DNA from: a virus
DNA length: 64,000 nt
Virus record (IMG/VR): IMGVR_UViG_3300033144_006696
Coordinates: 32,001-96,000 of that record
Direction: 5' to 3' (one strand)
A program made the translations under genes and the position numbers. Shown one piece after another: positions 1 to 9,281 of this stretch (position 1 is the first letter of the stretch; the number at the start of each line of letters is the position of its first letter). The notes below the pieces were generated by a model, which saw nothing but the letters and a program-made list of their open reading frames with translations, was not told the DNA's origin and did not search any database.

Positions 1-8
1 CAATTTTA

Positions 9-1139
9 GTGGATATTGTTTCTGCTAAGAATGAGTTTAGGTTTGTGCAATATAAAGCAGAAGATTTTATTAATTGGAAAACTGCTTTGGTTGAAGATGA
101 AAGGAATCTTATTCTTGGAGTTTTGAAAGAAGTACGTCCATCCAGTTTAGATATATTTTCTCATGACACTGATGATGTATATAGAGTTCTCAATATGAAT
201 GAAAATGGTGAATATTACACCACCCTTTATACAGATGATGGAGTAAATTTAACATCTGAAATTATTCCTCATTTTAGAGGAAAATCAATAAAAGAGATTC
301 CTCTTTTTCTTGCAGGATCAATTAACAATTCATTTGATCTGCAACCAATACCTTTGATATCTGTAGCCAATTGTTCTATCCAAATTTATCGGAAAGAAGC
401 TGATCTTGCAAATTCAGAATATTTATCATGTAATCCGACTCTTTGTATTGTTGGCGCATCTAATGATGGAGATCTTCCAAATGTTGTGGGTTCTTCAGTC
501 ATGATTGTGTTGCCTAACGAGCAAGCAAGAGTTTTCTATACAGTGACAGACACAGCAGCACTAACACACGTTAAACAGCATATAACCGATCTTTATGACG
601 AAGCTATTCGTCATGGTGTTGCTATTCTTGACGCACGAAAGGGTGTTGAAGCAGCAGAGTCATTGAGAATCAGGCAATCAACACAATCAGCTTCTATTTA
701 TTCTGTGTATCTTGCAGCTATGAATGCCATTAAGGAAGGCTTAATAGCAATGTGTAAATGGGGTGAATATAATGAAGAAGATATTATTCTTGATGCTCCA
801 TCTTCATTGACACAAGGTATTCCTGATTCATCTGTACTGAAAGAAATTATTGAAGGATTTTCAACAGAGGTTATTCCACTTCCAGTTATTCATAGATATC
901 TTGTTTATTCTGGCCTTTTAGACCAAACTGTGGGATTTGAAGATTATATAGAACAATTAAATGCTTATAAACCAACTGTTAAGACTGATAATAATGGTGC
1001 AGTTGCTGATGTATCTGATACAGTTGAAGAAGATTCTTTGGATAAAGATGGTAATATTATAAAAACTAAATCAATAAAAAAACAAACAACATCCGCAGAA
1101 ATAAAAAAAGAAAGTGAAGGACCGGAAGATACTAATTGA
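9..1139 (+). CDS. Portal protein, C-terminal part (DUF4055-like); gene probably starts upstream of the window
   Basis: Long ORF at the window edge directly before scaffold and capsid genes; sequence resembles DUF4055-type portals (LQPIPLISVANCSIQIYRKEADLANSEYLSCNPTL); acidic disordered C-tail. Confidence 0.7.
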   Translation: MDIVSAKNEFRFVQYKAEDFINWKTALVEDERNLILGVLKEVRPSSLDIFSHDTDDVYRVLNMNENGEYYTTLYTDDGVNLTSEIIPHFRGKSIKEIPLFLAGSINNSFDLQPIPLISVANCSIQIYRKEADLANSEYLSCNPTLCIVGASNDGDLPNVVGSSVMIVLPNEQARVFYTVTDTAALTHVKQHITDLYDEAIRHGVAILDARKGVEAAESLRIRQSTQSASIYSVYLAAMNAIKEGLIAMCKWGEYNEEDIILDAPSSLTQGIPDSSVLKEIIEGFSTEVIPLPVIHRYLVYSGLLDQTVGFEDYIEQLNAYKPTVKTDNNGAVADVSDTVEEDSLDKDGNIIKTKSIKKQTTSAEIKKESEGPEDTN

Positions 1140-1182
1140 TATTATCTTAATAATACAATATGTTTTGATTGATTAAATAACC

Positions 1183-1221
1183 GGAGTTTTGAGAACTCTA
1201 AACTGGAATTCTGAGAATTCC
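1183..1221 (+). promoter_or_regulatory. Tandem hairpins with YUGAG loops in the scaffold leader
   Basis: GGAGTT-TTGAG-AACTCT (1183-1199) and GGAATT-CTGAG-AATTCC (1205-1221), just before the SD AGGAG and ATG 1242. Confidence 0.6.
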
Positions 1222-1241
1222 CAAATTAGGAGATTTATAAC

Positions 1242-2021
1242 ATGACAGATTTCAATTTTATTGAAGATGAGGAACTGAGAACTAAAGCAGAAGATGTTCA
1301 CAAGATTGATGTGGATGAACTGACTGTCAATTTGACAAACAGTGCTAAGACTCAGATTGAGGAAGCCGTTGAAGGCTTGAAAACTAAAAATGCTGAAATT
1401 TTAGACGAAAAGAAAGCACTCGCACAGAATCTCAAGAAATTTGATGGTTTTGATGTTGAAGTTGCCAAAACTGCCACTGAATTTTATGAAGCACATAAGG
1501 ATGCTGAATTTTTGAAAGATGGAACTGTTGAAGAATTAATTGAAAAGAAAACATCCCAGTTGAATTCTGATCATGAAGTCCAGGTAAATGAACTTACTGA
1601 AAAACTGTCCGCAGCAGTTGAACACGGAGCAACATACCAATTACTCTTTGAATCTAAAGTCATTGATGATGGTTTAAGAGCTGAAGCAGTGAAACAGGGT
1701 GTTCGTGTTGAAGCTGTTGATGATATCATTCTACGGGGTCGTGGTGTGTTCTCACTTGATGAGAAAAAGCAGATTGAAGCTCGTGATTCTGAAGGTAAAC
1801 TTGCTATCACTGAAGATAAAAAAGTTCTGAATGTTAAAAATTGGATTACTGGATTAAAAGATACTTCTCCACATTATTGGCCAGATTCCAGAGGTGCTGG
1901 TGCTCATGGTGGAGCTGGTGGTAATGATTCTGATTACACAGTTAAATTGGCGGAACTTGCTGCAAAGGGTGATATGACAGGTTATCGTGCTTTACGTGAT
2001 AAACATCAAAAAGCTAAATAA
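1242..2021 (+). CDS. Head scaffolding protein
   Basis: Between portal and capsid genes; acidic coiled-coil (GLKTKNAEILDEKK) with a Gly-rich C-terminal linker typical of phage scaffolds; good SD. Confidence 0.75.
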   Translation: MTDFNFIEDEELRTKAEDVHKIDVDELTVNLTNSAKTQIEEAVEGLKTKNAEILDEKKALAQNLKKFDGFDVEVAKTATEFYEAHKDAEFLKDGTVEELIEKKTSQLNSDHEVQVNELTEKLSAAVEHGATYQLLFESKVIDDGLRAEAVKQGVRVEAVDDIILRGRGVFSLDEKKQIEARDSEGKLAITEDKKVLNVKNWITGLKDTSPHYWPDSRGAGAHGGAGGNDSDYTVKLAELAAKGDMTGYRALRDKHQKAK

Positions 2022-2048
2022 AGATAATTTGTAAATATTGATTGATTA

Positions 2049-2077
2049 TTGACTGTTTATTGAATTTGTAGTATAGT
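2049..2077 (+). promoter_or_regulatory. sigma70-type promoter for the endonuclease gene
   Basis: TTGACT-N17-TATAGT. Confidence 0.65.
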
Positions 2078-2097
2078 TAATTTAAATAAATGTACAA

Positions 2098-2164
2098 AAT
2101 AAGGGATAGGGTCGCTCCTGAAAGATGGTTTACTCAGCCATTTTCCCTTATTAAATTTTGAGTA
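2098..2164 (+). ncRNA. Structured leader, motif A copy 1 (three-way junction plus pseudoknot)
   Basis: P1 AATAAGGGA/TCCCTTATT; TAG; P2 (A)GG-(G)TCGCT-CC(T); GAAA; P3 GATGG/CCATT; loop TACTCA pairs with TGAGTA at 2159-2164. Confidence 0.65.
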
Positions 2165-2181
2165 TTAAATGGAGATTTAAA

Positions 2182-4035
2182 ATGGCGCCTAAATTGACAC
2201 TCTCTCAATTTATTCAAAAAGCAAATCAGGTACATAATTCAAATTATTCTTACGAAAAAACAACATACCAAAAATCTAATATTAAAACTACAGTAACCTG
2301 CAATGTTCATGGCAATTTTTCATTAACACCAAATAATCATTTGTCAGGAAAAGGATGTCCTGAATGTGCTTTAATTAAACGAGCAAATTCTTGTAAACTT
2401 ACTATTCAAGAATTTATTAAAAAAGCAAATAAAGTTCATTTAAACAAATATGATTATTCTAATTCAGTTTATTTGGGGATGGATAAAAAAATATCAATCA
2501 TTTGTCCCGTTTCTAATCATGGTGAATTTAGCCAATTAGCATGTAATCATGTTTTTGGAAAAGGATGTCCTAAATGCAAATCTGATAAAACATCTCTTCG
2601 TTGTAGACATTCAACAAAAGATTTTATCCGTAAAGCTAAAGAAATCCACGGAAATACTTATGATTATTCTATGGTTGATTATATAAGTGGTAAATTAAAA
2701 ATTAAAATTATCTGTAAAGAGCATGGTATTTTTGAACAAGTTCCACAAAGCCATTTGAGTGATAGTGGATGTCCAAAATGTGTTGGTTTTAATTCAACAT
2801 TTGAAGATTTTATTAGAGAAGCAAAATTAATTCACGGTGATAAATATGATTATTCATTAGTTAATGAGACATATAAAAATACTCGTGTAAAAATTCCAAT
2901 TATTTGTCCTGTCCATGGACAATTTTTCCAAACACCTTTTGTACATTTAAGAGGTAATGGTTGCAATTTATGTGGTTATGATACTACAGCGAAAAAGAGA
3001 ACATTAACTACTTCTGATTTTATAGAACGCTCAAAATTAATCCATAATAATTTCTATGATTATTCAAAATCAATATACATAAAGAATAAAACAGAAATTT
3101 CTATTTGCTGCCCTCTTCATGGATTATTTACTCAGTCTCCAAATAACCATCTTGCAGGAAAAGGATGTCCAAAATGTGTAGGTAGGATTTCAAAAGAAGA
3201 AATAGAAGTAGCTGATTTTTTGAAATCTTTAAATGTACAAGTACAAACATCAAACAAATCTATTCTTAATACAAAAGAATTGGATATTGTTCTTCCTGAT
3301 TTTAAAATTGCAGTAGAATATAATGGATTATATTGGCATTCTTCAGCAAGTCTAAGTTTTGGAAAATATAATCATTATAATAAAACTCAAGAATGTTTAG
3401 AAAAAGGGTATAGATTAGTTCATATTTTTAGTGATGATTGGAAGTTTAAAAAAGAAATAATTCAATCAATTTTATCTAATTTTGTGAATAAAACTCAAAT
3501 AAAATATTTTGCAAGAAAATGTATTTGTAAAAAAATACAAAAAGATTTAGCAGTAGAATTTCTTAATAAGAATCATCTTCAAGGATATGTTATAAGTTCT
3601 TTTCATTATGGTTTATTTTATAATGATAAACTTTTGCAAGTGATGTCTTTTAAAAAAGACAAACAAAATTTTAATTTAGTACGTCTTGCTGCTAAATTAA
3701 ATATTCAGGTAGTTGGTGGTGCAAATAAATTATTTAAACATTTTTGTAGAAATGAGGAATTTAAATCTGTTTTTACATTTGCTGATTTATATTTATTTAA
3801 TGGCCGTGTTTATGAACATCTTGGATTTAAGAAAATTAAAGAAATTCCAATTGATTACTCTTATGTGTATAAGGGAAAAAGAAAACATAAATTTGGTTTC
3901 AGAAGAAAACGTCTTAAAACATTATTGAATAATTTTGATGAAACTAAATCAGAATTATGGAATACTAGAAATAATGGAATTTACAGAATTTATGATTGTG
4001 GTAAAAATAAATATGAATTTGTAAAAAATACTTGA
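2182..4035 (+). CDS. Free-standing homing-endonuclease-like protein (five DUF723-like Zn-ribbon repeats, PD-(D/E)XK/Vsr-like nuclease, Hef-like C-terminus)
   Basis: Five CxxHGxF..P..HLxGxGCPxC repeats, then ELDIVLPDFKIAVEYNGLYWHS and GYRLVHIFSDDW; likely start ATG 2182 after GGAG. Confidence 0.75.
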   Translation: MAPKLTLSQFIQKANQVHNSNYSYEKTTYQKSNIKTTVTCNVHGNFSLTPNNHLSGKGCPECALIKRANSCKLTIQEFIKKANKVHLNKYDYSNSVYLGMDKKISIICPVSNHGEFSQLACNHVFGKGCPKCKSDKTSLRCRHSTKDFIRKAKEIHGNTYDYSMVDYISGKLKIKIICKEHGIFEQVPQSHLSDSGCPKCVGFNSTFEDFIREAKLIHGDKYDYSLVNETYKNTRVKIPIICPVHGQFFQTPFVHLRGNGCNLCGYDTTAKKRTLTTSDFIERSKLIHNNFYDYSKSIYIKNKTEISICCPLHGLFTQSPNNHLAGKGCPKCVGRISKEEIEVADFLKSLNVQVQTSNKSILNTKELDIVLPDFKIAVEYNGLYWHSSASLSFGKYNHYNKTQECLEKGYRLVHIFSDDWKFKKEIIQSILSNFVNKTQIKYFARKCICKKIQKDLAVEFLNKNHLQGYVISSFHYGLFYNDKLLQVMSFKKDKQNFNLVRLAAKLNIQVVGGANKLFKHFCRNEEFKSVFTFADLYLFNGRVYEHLGFKKIKEIPIDYSYVYKGKRKHKFGFRRKRLKTLLNNFDETKSELWNTRNNGIYRIYDCGKNKYEFVKNT

Positions 4036-4071
4036 CAAATGAATATTCTTTGTTTAGTGTAATGTTATATA

Positions 4072-4165
4072 GTGGTGTTTCTGGGAAACACCACATCAAT
4101 TTAGAAAAAGTCTTGGGGGCTACGATTACTTATTTTGTGAATAAGTAACTTAGTCCCTTTTTTTA
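4072..4165 (+). promoter_or_regulatory. Capsid leader: two YUGGG hairpins plus an overlapping intrinsic-terminator-like stem
   Basis: GTGGTGTTT-CTGGG-AAACACCAC (4072-4094), AGTC-TTGGG-GGCT (4109-4121); alternative stem GGGGCTA..TTACTTATT/AATAAGTAA..TAGTCCC followed by a T-run. Confidence 0.55.
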
Positions 4166-4206
4166 TGTAAAATATTTAATAAACAATTAAAGTAAGGAGA
4201 TTTATC

Positions 4207-5379
4207 ATGGCAGCAGGCGACAACATCTGGAGCCACCCTTCTATCATCGCGGCAGAGGCGTTAACACATCTCGAGGACGCACTTGTCATTGCACCACTTT
4301 GTGCTACAGACAAGACATCTGATTTTTCAAATAAAGCCAACGGTTGGAAAGTTGGTGATTCTGTTTCTTTTCGGACTCATGGTGAATATGAAGTTGATGA
4401 ATTTGCAACTACCATTAGCACACAGTCTATCGGAACCTCTACACGTCCCATGGAGATTGAAAAACATTTCGATATCTCTGTTGAAGTCGGTGCAAGAGAA
4501 TACTCTTTGGATCTGGATTCTTTTGTTGAACAGGTTATTCAGCCTGCAACATATAAACTGGCAGAAAGTGTTGACACTTATATAGGAACGAAAATCCTTG
4601 AAGCTGCTGGAGCTTATTACAGCACTGGTCTTTTTACAACTGCCGCTGACATTGCACTTGCCCGTAAAACTGCAACCATCCAGCAATTGGCAATGAATCG
4701 TTTTTGTCTTGTTGATTTGGATATTGAAGCAATTCTTCTTGGACAGACTTGGTTTAATCAGTCTAACTCTCGTGGCTCAGATGGTGAAATGACTCTTCGT
4801 AATGCAGATATGGGTCGTGTAATGGGTATGGATTTCTTTTCCAGTATCGCTTTTCCTACTGAAACTGCTGATTATACTGTGGGTACATTTATTGGTGTAA
4901 CTAATAATACCACTGCAACCAAAAACTTGATTGGTGATTCTCTTTTGATTGTTGATGGTGTTGCAGCTTCCCAGTTTACCCTTGTTGCTGGTGATCGTCT
5001 GTATATTCCTGGTGTCCGTCGTCCTCTAAAAGTTAAAACTGCTGTTGGGGATACTGACGCAACTACTTCAATTGTCCTGGTTGATCCTATTACTGAAATT
5101 ATTCCTGATGATACTGCTGTAACTGTTATTGCTTCTGGAAAAGATGTTCAACATCATGGTGTAATTATGGATGATCGTTCTCTTGCTGTTGCATTTCCTA
5201 TGCTTGATCTTCCTGAAGATCGTGTTGCTGCTACTGCGTCCAATAATGGCATTAGTATTCGTATCGTTAAAGGGTATGATTTGAGTTCCAAGAAAACTAC
5301 GATGTCCCTGGATCTTCTATGTGGTGCTTTTGCTCTTGATCCTCGTCGAATGACTCTTGTTGGTGATAAATCTTCTTAA
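4207..5379 (+). CDS. Major capsid protein (P22 coat-like, HK97 fold)
   Basis: 390 aa after the scaffold, strong SD AAGGAG; IIAAEALTHLEDALV N-terminus and GISIRIVKGYD..KKTTMSLDLLCG C-terminus typical of P22-type coats. Confidence 0.85.
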   Translation: MAAGDNIWSHPSIIAAEALTHLEDALVIAPLCATDKTSDFSNKANGWKVGDSVSFRTHGEYEVDEFATTISTQSIGTSTRPMEIEKHFDISVEVGAREYSLDLDSFVEQVIQPATYKLAESVDTYIGTKILEAAGAYYSTGLFTTAADIALARKTATIQQLAMNRFCLVDLDIEAILLGQTWFNQSNSRGSDGEMTLRNADMGRVMGMDFFSSIAFPTETADYTVGTFIGVTNNTTATKNLIGDSLLIVDGVAASQFTLVAGDRLYIPGVRRPLKVKTAVGDTDATTSIVLVDPITEIIPDDTAVTVIASGKDVQHHGVIMDDRSLAVAFPMLDLPEDRVAATASNNGISIRIVKGYDLSSKKTTMSLDLLCGAFALDPRRMTLVGDKSS

Positions 5380-5426
5380 TTTTTTGAATAGAGTAAAATT
5401 TTAATTCTAAATAAAAGGAAATAATT

Positions 5427-5615
5427 ATGAAGGTTTATGATAAAGAAGGAAAAGTTGTGAATGCAGATAAGAATCAAATTGAGATTCTTATGAATGCAGG
5501 ATGGACTAAAACTAAACCAGAACTTATTATTAAGGAAGAGCTTAAAAAGGATACTGTAGTCAAAGCAATTCCTAAAGTAAAGAAATCCATAAGAAAAATT
5601 TCCTCTAAAGTATAA
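5427..5615 (+). CDS. Small hypothetical head-associated protein
   Basis: 62-aa ORF with SD between capsid and adaptor genes. Confidence 0.55.
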   Translation: MKVYDKEGKVVNADKNQIEILMNAGWTKTKPELIIKEELKKDTVVKAIPKVKKSIRKISSKV

Positions 5616-5624
5616 GGGGGAATT

Positions 5625-6134
5625 ATGGCTTTAATTGCTACATTAGGTGCTACTGATGCAAATTCATACGTTAACAGAGCTGAGGCTGATCTCTACTTTG
5701 CAGATCGAATGCATTCCTCTACTTGGACAGCATTAACAGATGCGGTGAAAGATCAATTATTGATAACTTCTTCTCGTATGTTAGATTGGCATGTTAAATG
5801 GAAGGGCACAAAGACTGAAGACACTCAAGCAATGCAGCACCCAAGGGAGGATATGCTTCGTCCAGATGGAACTGAAATTGATGATGGTGTTCTTGCTCCT
5901 GAAGTTAAAATTGCTGTGTATGAATTAGCTCTTGTGAATATTACATCAGATAGAATGATTGATGATCCTTTAGCTGGAATAGGTCAATTAAAAGCTGGTT
6001 CTTTAATGATTAAAGCTGGCCCTGAAAAGCCAAACCAAACCAACGCTAAACCAGTGCCCTCACATATATATTCAATATTATCAGATTTGTATGTGCAGGG
6101 CAGAGGAAGTATAGTTAGATTATTAAGGGCATAA
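5625..6134 (+). CDS. Head-tail adaptor (DnaT-like family)
   Basis: ANSYVNRAEADLYFADR...W...LLITSSRMLD motif and position after the capsid gene. Confidence 0.75.
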   Translation: MALIATLGATDANSYVNRAEADLYFADRMHSSTWTALTDAVKDQLLITSSRMLDWHVKWKGTKTEDTQAMQHPREDMLRPDGTEIDDGVLAPEVKIAVYELALVNITSDRMIDDPLAGIGQLKAGSLMIKAGPEKPNQTNAKPVPSHIYSILSDLYVQGRGSIVRLLRA

Positions 6135-6135
6135 A

Positions 6136-6498
6136 ATGGCAAATCTTAGAAATACATTCTTATCTGGTCTTGAAACTATCTTCAATGTAATGAATGAAGC
6201 AGTTAAAACTGGAATATATACTGTTGAAGAAGATGATGGGTTTAATAATTCTGTCATCACTTCTGATGTTGTTAGATGTATTTTTGAGAATTTTTCTGAA
6301 AAAGATATTCATGATCTTTCTTTTTATGAATTAATTCAACCCAAAGATATTAAAGGATTAATACCATTTGTTGATTTAGTTAATTGTGAAATTACAACTC
6401 AAGCTTCTATCATGTTTGGAACTGAAAAATATATGGTAGAAGCTTATGATGTTGATCCAATGAGTGTTGTTTTTACAACCCTTTTGAGGAAAGTTTAA
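6136..6498 (+). CDS. Putative head-closure protein
   Basis: 120 aa, synteny; beta-rich C-terminus ending in TTLLRKV. Confidence 0.55.
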   Translation: MANLRNTFLSGLETIFNVMNEAVKTGIYTVEEDDGFNNSVITSDVVRCIFENFSEKDIHDLSFYELIQPKDIKGLIPFVDLVNCEITTQASIMFGTEKYMVEAYDVDPMSVVFTTLLRKV

Positions 6499-6499
6499 T

Positions 6500-7003
6500 A
6501 TGAATTTAAACGAAATTATCAAAGGATTGGCTAAAATTACAGAGGGATCAGCTATCAAAGCTAATGTTTCTCGTCTTTTATACAAAAAAGATAATGAATT
6601 AATTGATTTGTTAAAAGAGCATTCACCATACGACCCGGAACACAAAGATCCTCATTTTCGGGATCAATGGAAAGCATCAAGAAAAAAGTACGGCAATTCA
6701 AAAGTTCTGGCTCAGATTATTGTTTCCAATAGTACACCAATATATGGACAATTTTTAGTAGCTGGTGCAGAACTTAATCAAGCTCCTTGGTATTATCCTA
6801 ATAGGATTCGTAAAGGTAAGAAAAAGGGTCAGTTTAAGAAAGGTACTGGAAAACTTACAAAAGTTCAAGGTAAAGTTTGGGCTGGTGGATTAGATCCAGG
6901 TCATATTAAAACAGTTGGAGGTCCAATTGCGCAAGTTTTAACAAAATTTATTGATAAATTTACACAAGAAGTATCTGATGAATTTGTGAAGGGGTTCTTC
7001 TAA
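6500..7003 (+). CDS. Putative neck/tail-completion protein (HK97 gp10-like)
   Basis: Basic protein, SPYD..HFRDQW..IIVSNSTPIYG pattern, synteny. Confidence 0.55.
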   Translation: MNLNEIIKGLAKITEGSAIKANVSRLLYKKDNELIDLLKEHSPYDPEHKDPHFRDQWKASRKKYGNSKVLAQIIVSNSTPIYGQFLVAGAELNQAPWYYPNRIRKGKKKGQFKKGTGKLTKVQGKVWAGGLDPGHIKTVGGPIAQVLTKFIDKFTQEVSDEFVKGFF

Positions 7004-7503
7004 TGGGTATTCAAGGTATTCAAGCATTTTTGAATGTTATCTGTGCAGGAGATAACAATAGAGAAGATGCTTTACAAGAAATATATGAACGCATTAAAGT
7101 AAAAAGGATTTCTTTGGGTCTTACTTCTTTTAAAAGGACTCCAACTGAACCAATAGTTGAAAAAGATATGCCTTGTGTGTTTATGCTTGAAGGTCCTGAT
7201 AATATTATTGAATATTCCAGCAGGGGTAATATGGGATATCCTGTTAGAAGAACTTTAGAAGTTACTTTAGAATTAGTAACCAATTCCAATATAGATATTA
7301 AATCTAAATTGAGAGATTTAAGAAAAGCTGTTTTTGCTGAAAGGGATATTGATCCTCCTGTTTATAATCCAAGATTAGTAGATGTTGGACAAACTGGGTT
7401 TATTAGTGAAAATAGAACTGAGGGTCCTTCAGGATATGGTTTACAAGATATTTTAGGAATGTCTCTTGTGCTTGATTTGGTATATACAGATGATATTATC
7501 TGA
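7003..7503 (+). CDS. Putative tail terminator
   Basis: Synteny before tail tube; DMPCVFMLEG motif resembles tail terminators. Confidence 0.55.
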   Translation: MGIQGIQAFLNVICAGDNNREDALQEIYERIKVKRISLGLTSFKRTPTEPIVEKDMPCVFMLEGPDNIIEYSSRGNMGYPVRRTLEVTLELVTNSNIDIKSKLRDLRKAVFAERDIDPPVYNPRLVDVGQTGFISENRTEGPSGYGLQDILGMSLVLDLVYTDDII

Positions 7504-7581
7504 TTTTAGGAAGGTTTAAAATGGTAAATACTTCAAACAATTATAGTCTTCTCCTAATTTTTGTGATATACTAATGCAAAC

Positions 7582-7649
7582 TACAGTGGATAGGATCGCA
7601 TCCGAAAAGTGGCATCTCAACCACCCCTCCACTGTACTTCTTTTTGAGA
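7582..7649 (+). ncRNA. Structured leader, motif A copy 2
   Basis: P1 TACAGTGGA/TCCACTGTA; TAG; P2 GGAT-CGC-ATCC; GAAAA; P3 GTGG/CCAC; loop TCTCAA pairs with TTGAGA at 7644-7649; extended -10 TGaTATACT just upstream. Confidence 0.65.
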
Positions 7650-7675
7650 ATATTGCTATGAGAGGTAATATTAAT

Positions 7676-8191
7676 ATGATTTACAAAGATTTGCCAAGAG
7701 CTGATTATCTTAGATCCATTTTTAATTACAACAAAAAGACTGGAAAATTAATCTGGAAAAAGAAAACTGCTAATTGTGTTAAGATTGGAACTGAGGCAGG
7801 GTTTGTATCAGGCAGAACTGGAAGATTGCAAGTTTCTATAAAAGGTGAAGTTTTTTATGTTCCAAGAATTATTTGGAAAATGGTAAAAGGCAGAATTCCA
7901 AATTATAAACAAATTGATCATGATGATAGAAATCCTCTTAATAATGCTTGGGATAATTTGTCTTTGAAAACCCAGTCAGAAAATATGAAAAATTCTTCAC
8001 TTCAACGTAATAACACATCAGGTATTGTTGGTGTAAATTTTCATAAATTTTCTGGGTTATGGAAAGGTAGTATTTCTAATAATAAGAAAATAGAAACAGT
8101 ATATTTTAAAACCATGGATGAAGCCATAGATTGGAGGAGAAGCAAAGAAAGAGAGTATGGATTTCATAAGAACCATGGAAAGACTTTCTAA
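7676..8191 (+). CDS. HNH homing endonuclease with AP2-like C-terminal domain
   Basis: QIDHDDRNPLNNAWDNL HNH motif; NNTSGIVGVNFHKFSGLWKG AP2-like segment; likely start ATG 7676 (the ORF-track start 7574 runs through the RNA leader). Confidence 0.8.
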   Translation: MIYKDLPRADYLRSIFNYNKKTGKLIWKKKTANCVKIGTEAGFVSGRTGRLQVSIKGEVFYVPRIIWKMVKGRIPNYKQIDHDDRNPLNNAWDNLSLKTQSENMKNSSLQRNNTSGIVGVNFHKFSGLWKGSISNNKKIETVYFKTMDEAIDWRRSKEREYGFHKNHGKTF

Positions 8192-8214
8192 CAATAATTA
8201 TAGGAGATTTAATC

Positions 8215-9231
8215 ATGGCAGTAAGTCCAAATACTGACAATTATAGCCTCGGGAAAGGAGTGGTGTATTTTGATCAGCTTGTTTCTAGTGTCTATCAAGG
8301 AGAAAGGGATCTTGGTAATGCGCCCTCTTTCACATTTAATATTGCACTTGAAACACTTGAGCATTTCAGCTCACGAGGTGGTTTGAAAGCGAAAGATAAG
8401 AGTATTATTTCTCAGATCACTCCAGGTCTGGCATTCACTCTTGATGAAGTTAACAAAGAAAATATGGCATTGCTCACATTGGGCGATACCACTACTGTTA
8501 CACAAACTGCTGGATCTATAGTGGCTGAAGTTGTTACAGCACACATGGACAAACGAGTAGATCTTGATTATCGTGGAATTGAGAATTGGAATCTTACTTA
8601 TGATTCAGGTACAGTTATCTTTGTTGTTGGTGAGGTTGTTACTGGTGCTGGTGGTGCAACTGGTGTTGTTCTTTCTGTTACAGGAACTTCTGTCGCAGGT
8701 ACTTTGGTAATTGCAAAAACAAATGCAACTTTGTTTGTTACTGCTGAAGCTATTACTGGTTCCGGTACTGGTGCAGCATCTGTGACTACTGCAATTCCCA
8801 CTTTATCAACAACTCCTGTTATGCTTGTTCAAGATTCTGCCGATACAGTTACTTACGTTGCTGGGACTGATTATGAAATCTCAACAACTTTGAGTGATGA
8901 TGATATTGGACGAATTAAGTTTATTGGGAGTACCATTACTGAAAGTGATGAAATTCATATTACTTATGGCCATGCAGCACTCACGTATACAAACATTGCA
9001 GCCTTTGCAAACACACAGATCATTGGAAAACTCAGGTTTGTTTCTGATAATCCCGCTGGTAATCAGCAGGAACTGGAAGCATGGAGTGTTTCTCTTGTAC
9101 CTGCTGGGGATACTGCCATGATTGGTGACGATTGGTCTACTCTCCAATTTAATGGTGAAATTTTGAAAGACGAAACAAATCACCCACTTACTCCGTATAT
9201 GAATATCATTATGGATCAATCTCTCACATAA
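8215..9231 (+). CDS. Major tail tube protein
   Basis: YSLGKGVVYF..DLGNAPSFTF..ETLEHFSSRGG and IGKLRFVSDNPAG..GDDWSTLQFNGE motifs of siphophage tail tubes; Thr/Gly-rich inserted domain. Confidence 0.8.
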   Translation: MAVSPNTDNYSLGKGVVYFDQLVSSVYQGERDLGNAPSFTFNIALETLEHFSSRGGLKAKDKSIISQITPGLAFTLDEVNKENMALLTLGDTTTVTQTAGSIVAEVVTAHMDKRVDLDYRGIENWNLTYDSGTVIFVVGEVVTGAGGATGVVLSVTGTSVAGTLVIAKTNATLFVTAEAITGSGTGAASVTTAIPTLSTTPVMLVQDSADTVTYVAGTDYEISTTLSDDDIGRIKFIGSTITESDEIHITYGHAALTYTNIAAFANTQIIGKLRFVSDNPAGNQQELEAWSVSLVPAGDTAMIGDDWSTLQFNGEILKDETNHPLTPYMNIIMDQSLT

Positions 9232-9240
9232 TTTATAATA

Positions 9241-9275
9241 GGTATAGAGCAGTACGTAACGTACTGCTCTATACC
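9241..9275. terminator. Perfect 16-bp hairpin between convergent genes
   Basis: GGTATAGAGCAGTACG-TAA-CGTACTGCTCTATACC. Confidence 0.7.
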
Positions 9276-9281
9276 TATATA

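Noticed and set aside
2098-2164. Motif A as a hammerhead ribozyme (three stems plus GAAA)
   Set aside because: The required CUGANGA junction is absent in all four copies; only UAG is conserved
2158-8191. Endonuclease genes as group I intron or intein cargo
   Set aside because: The flanking genes have their own intact starts and stops and no split reading frame; I saw no intron core or intein termini
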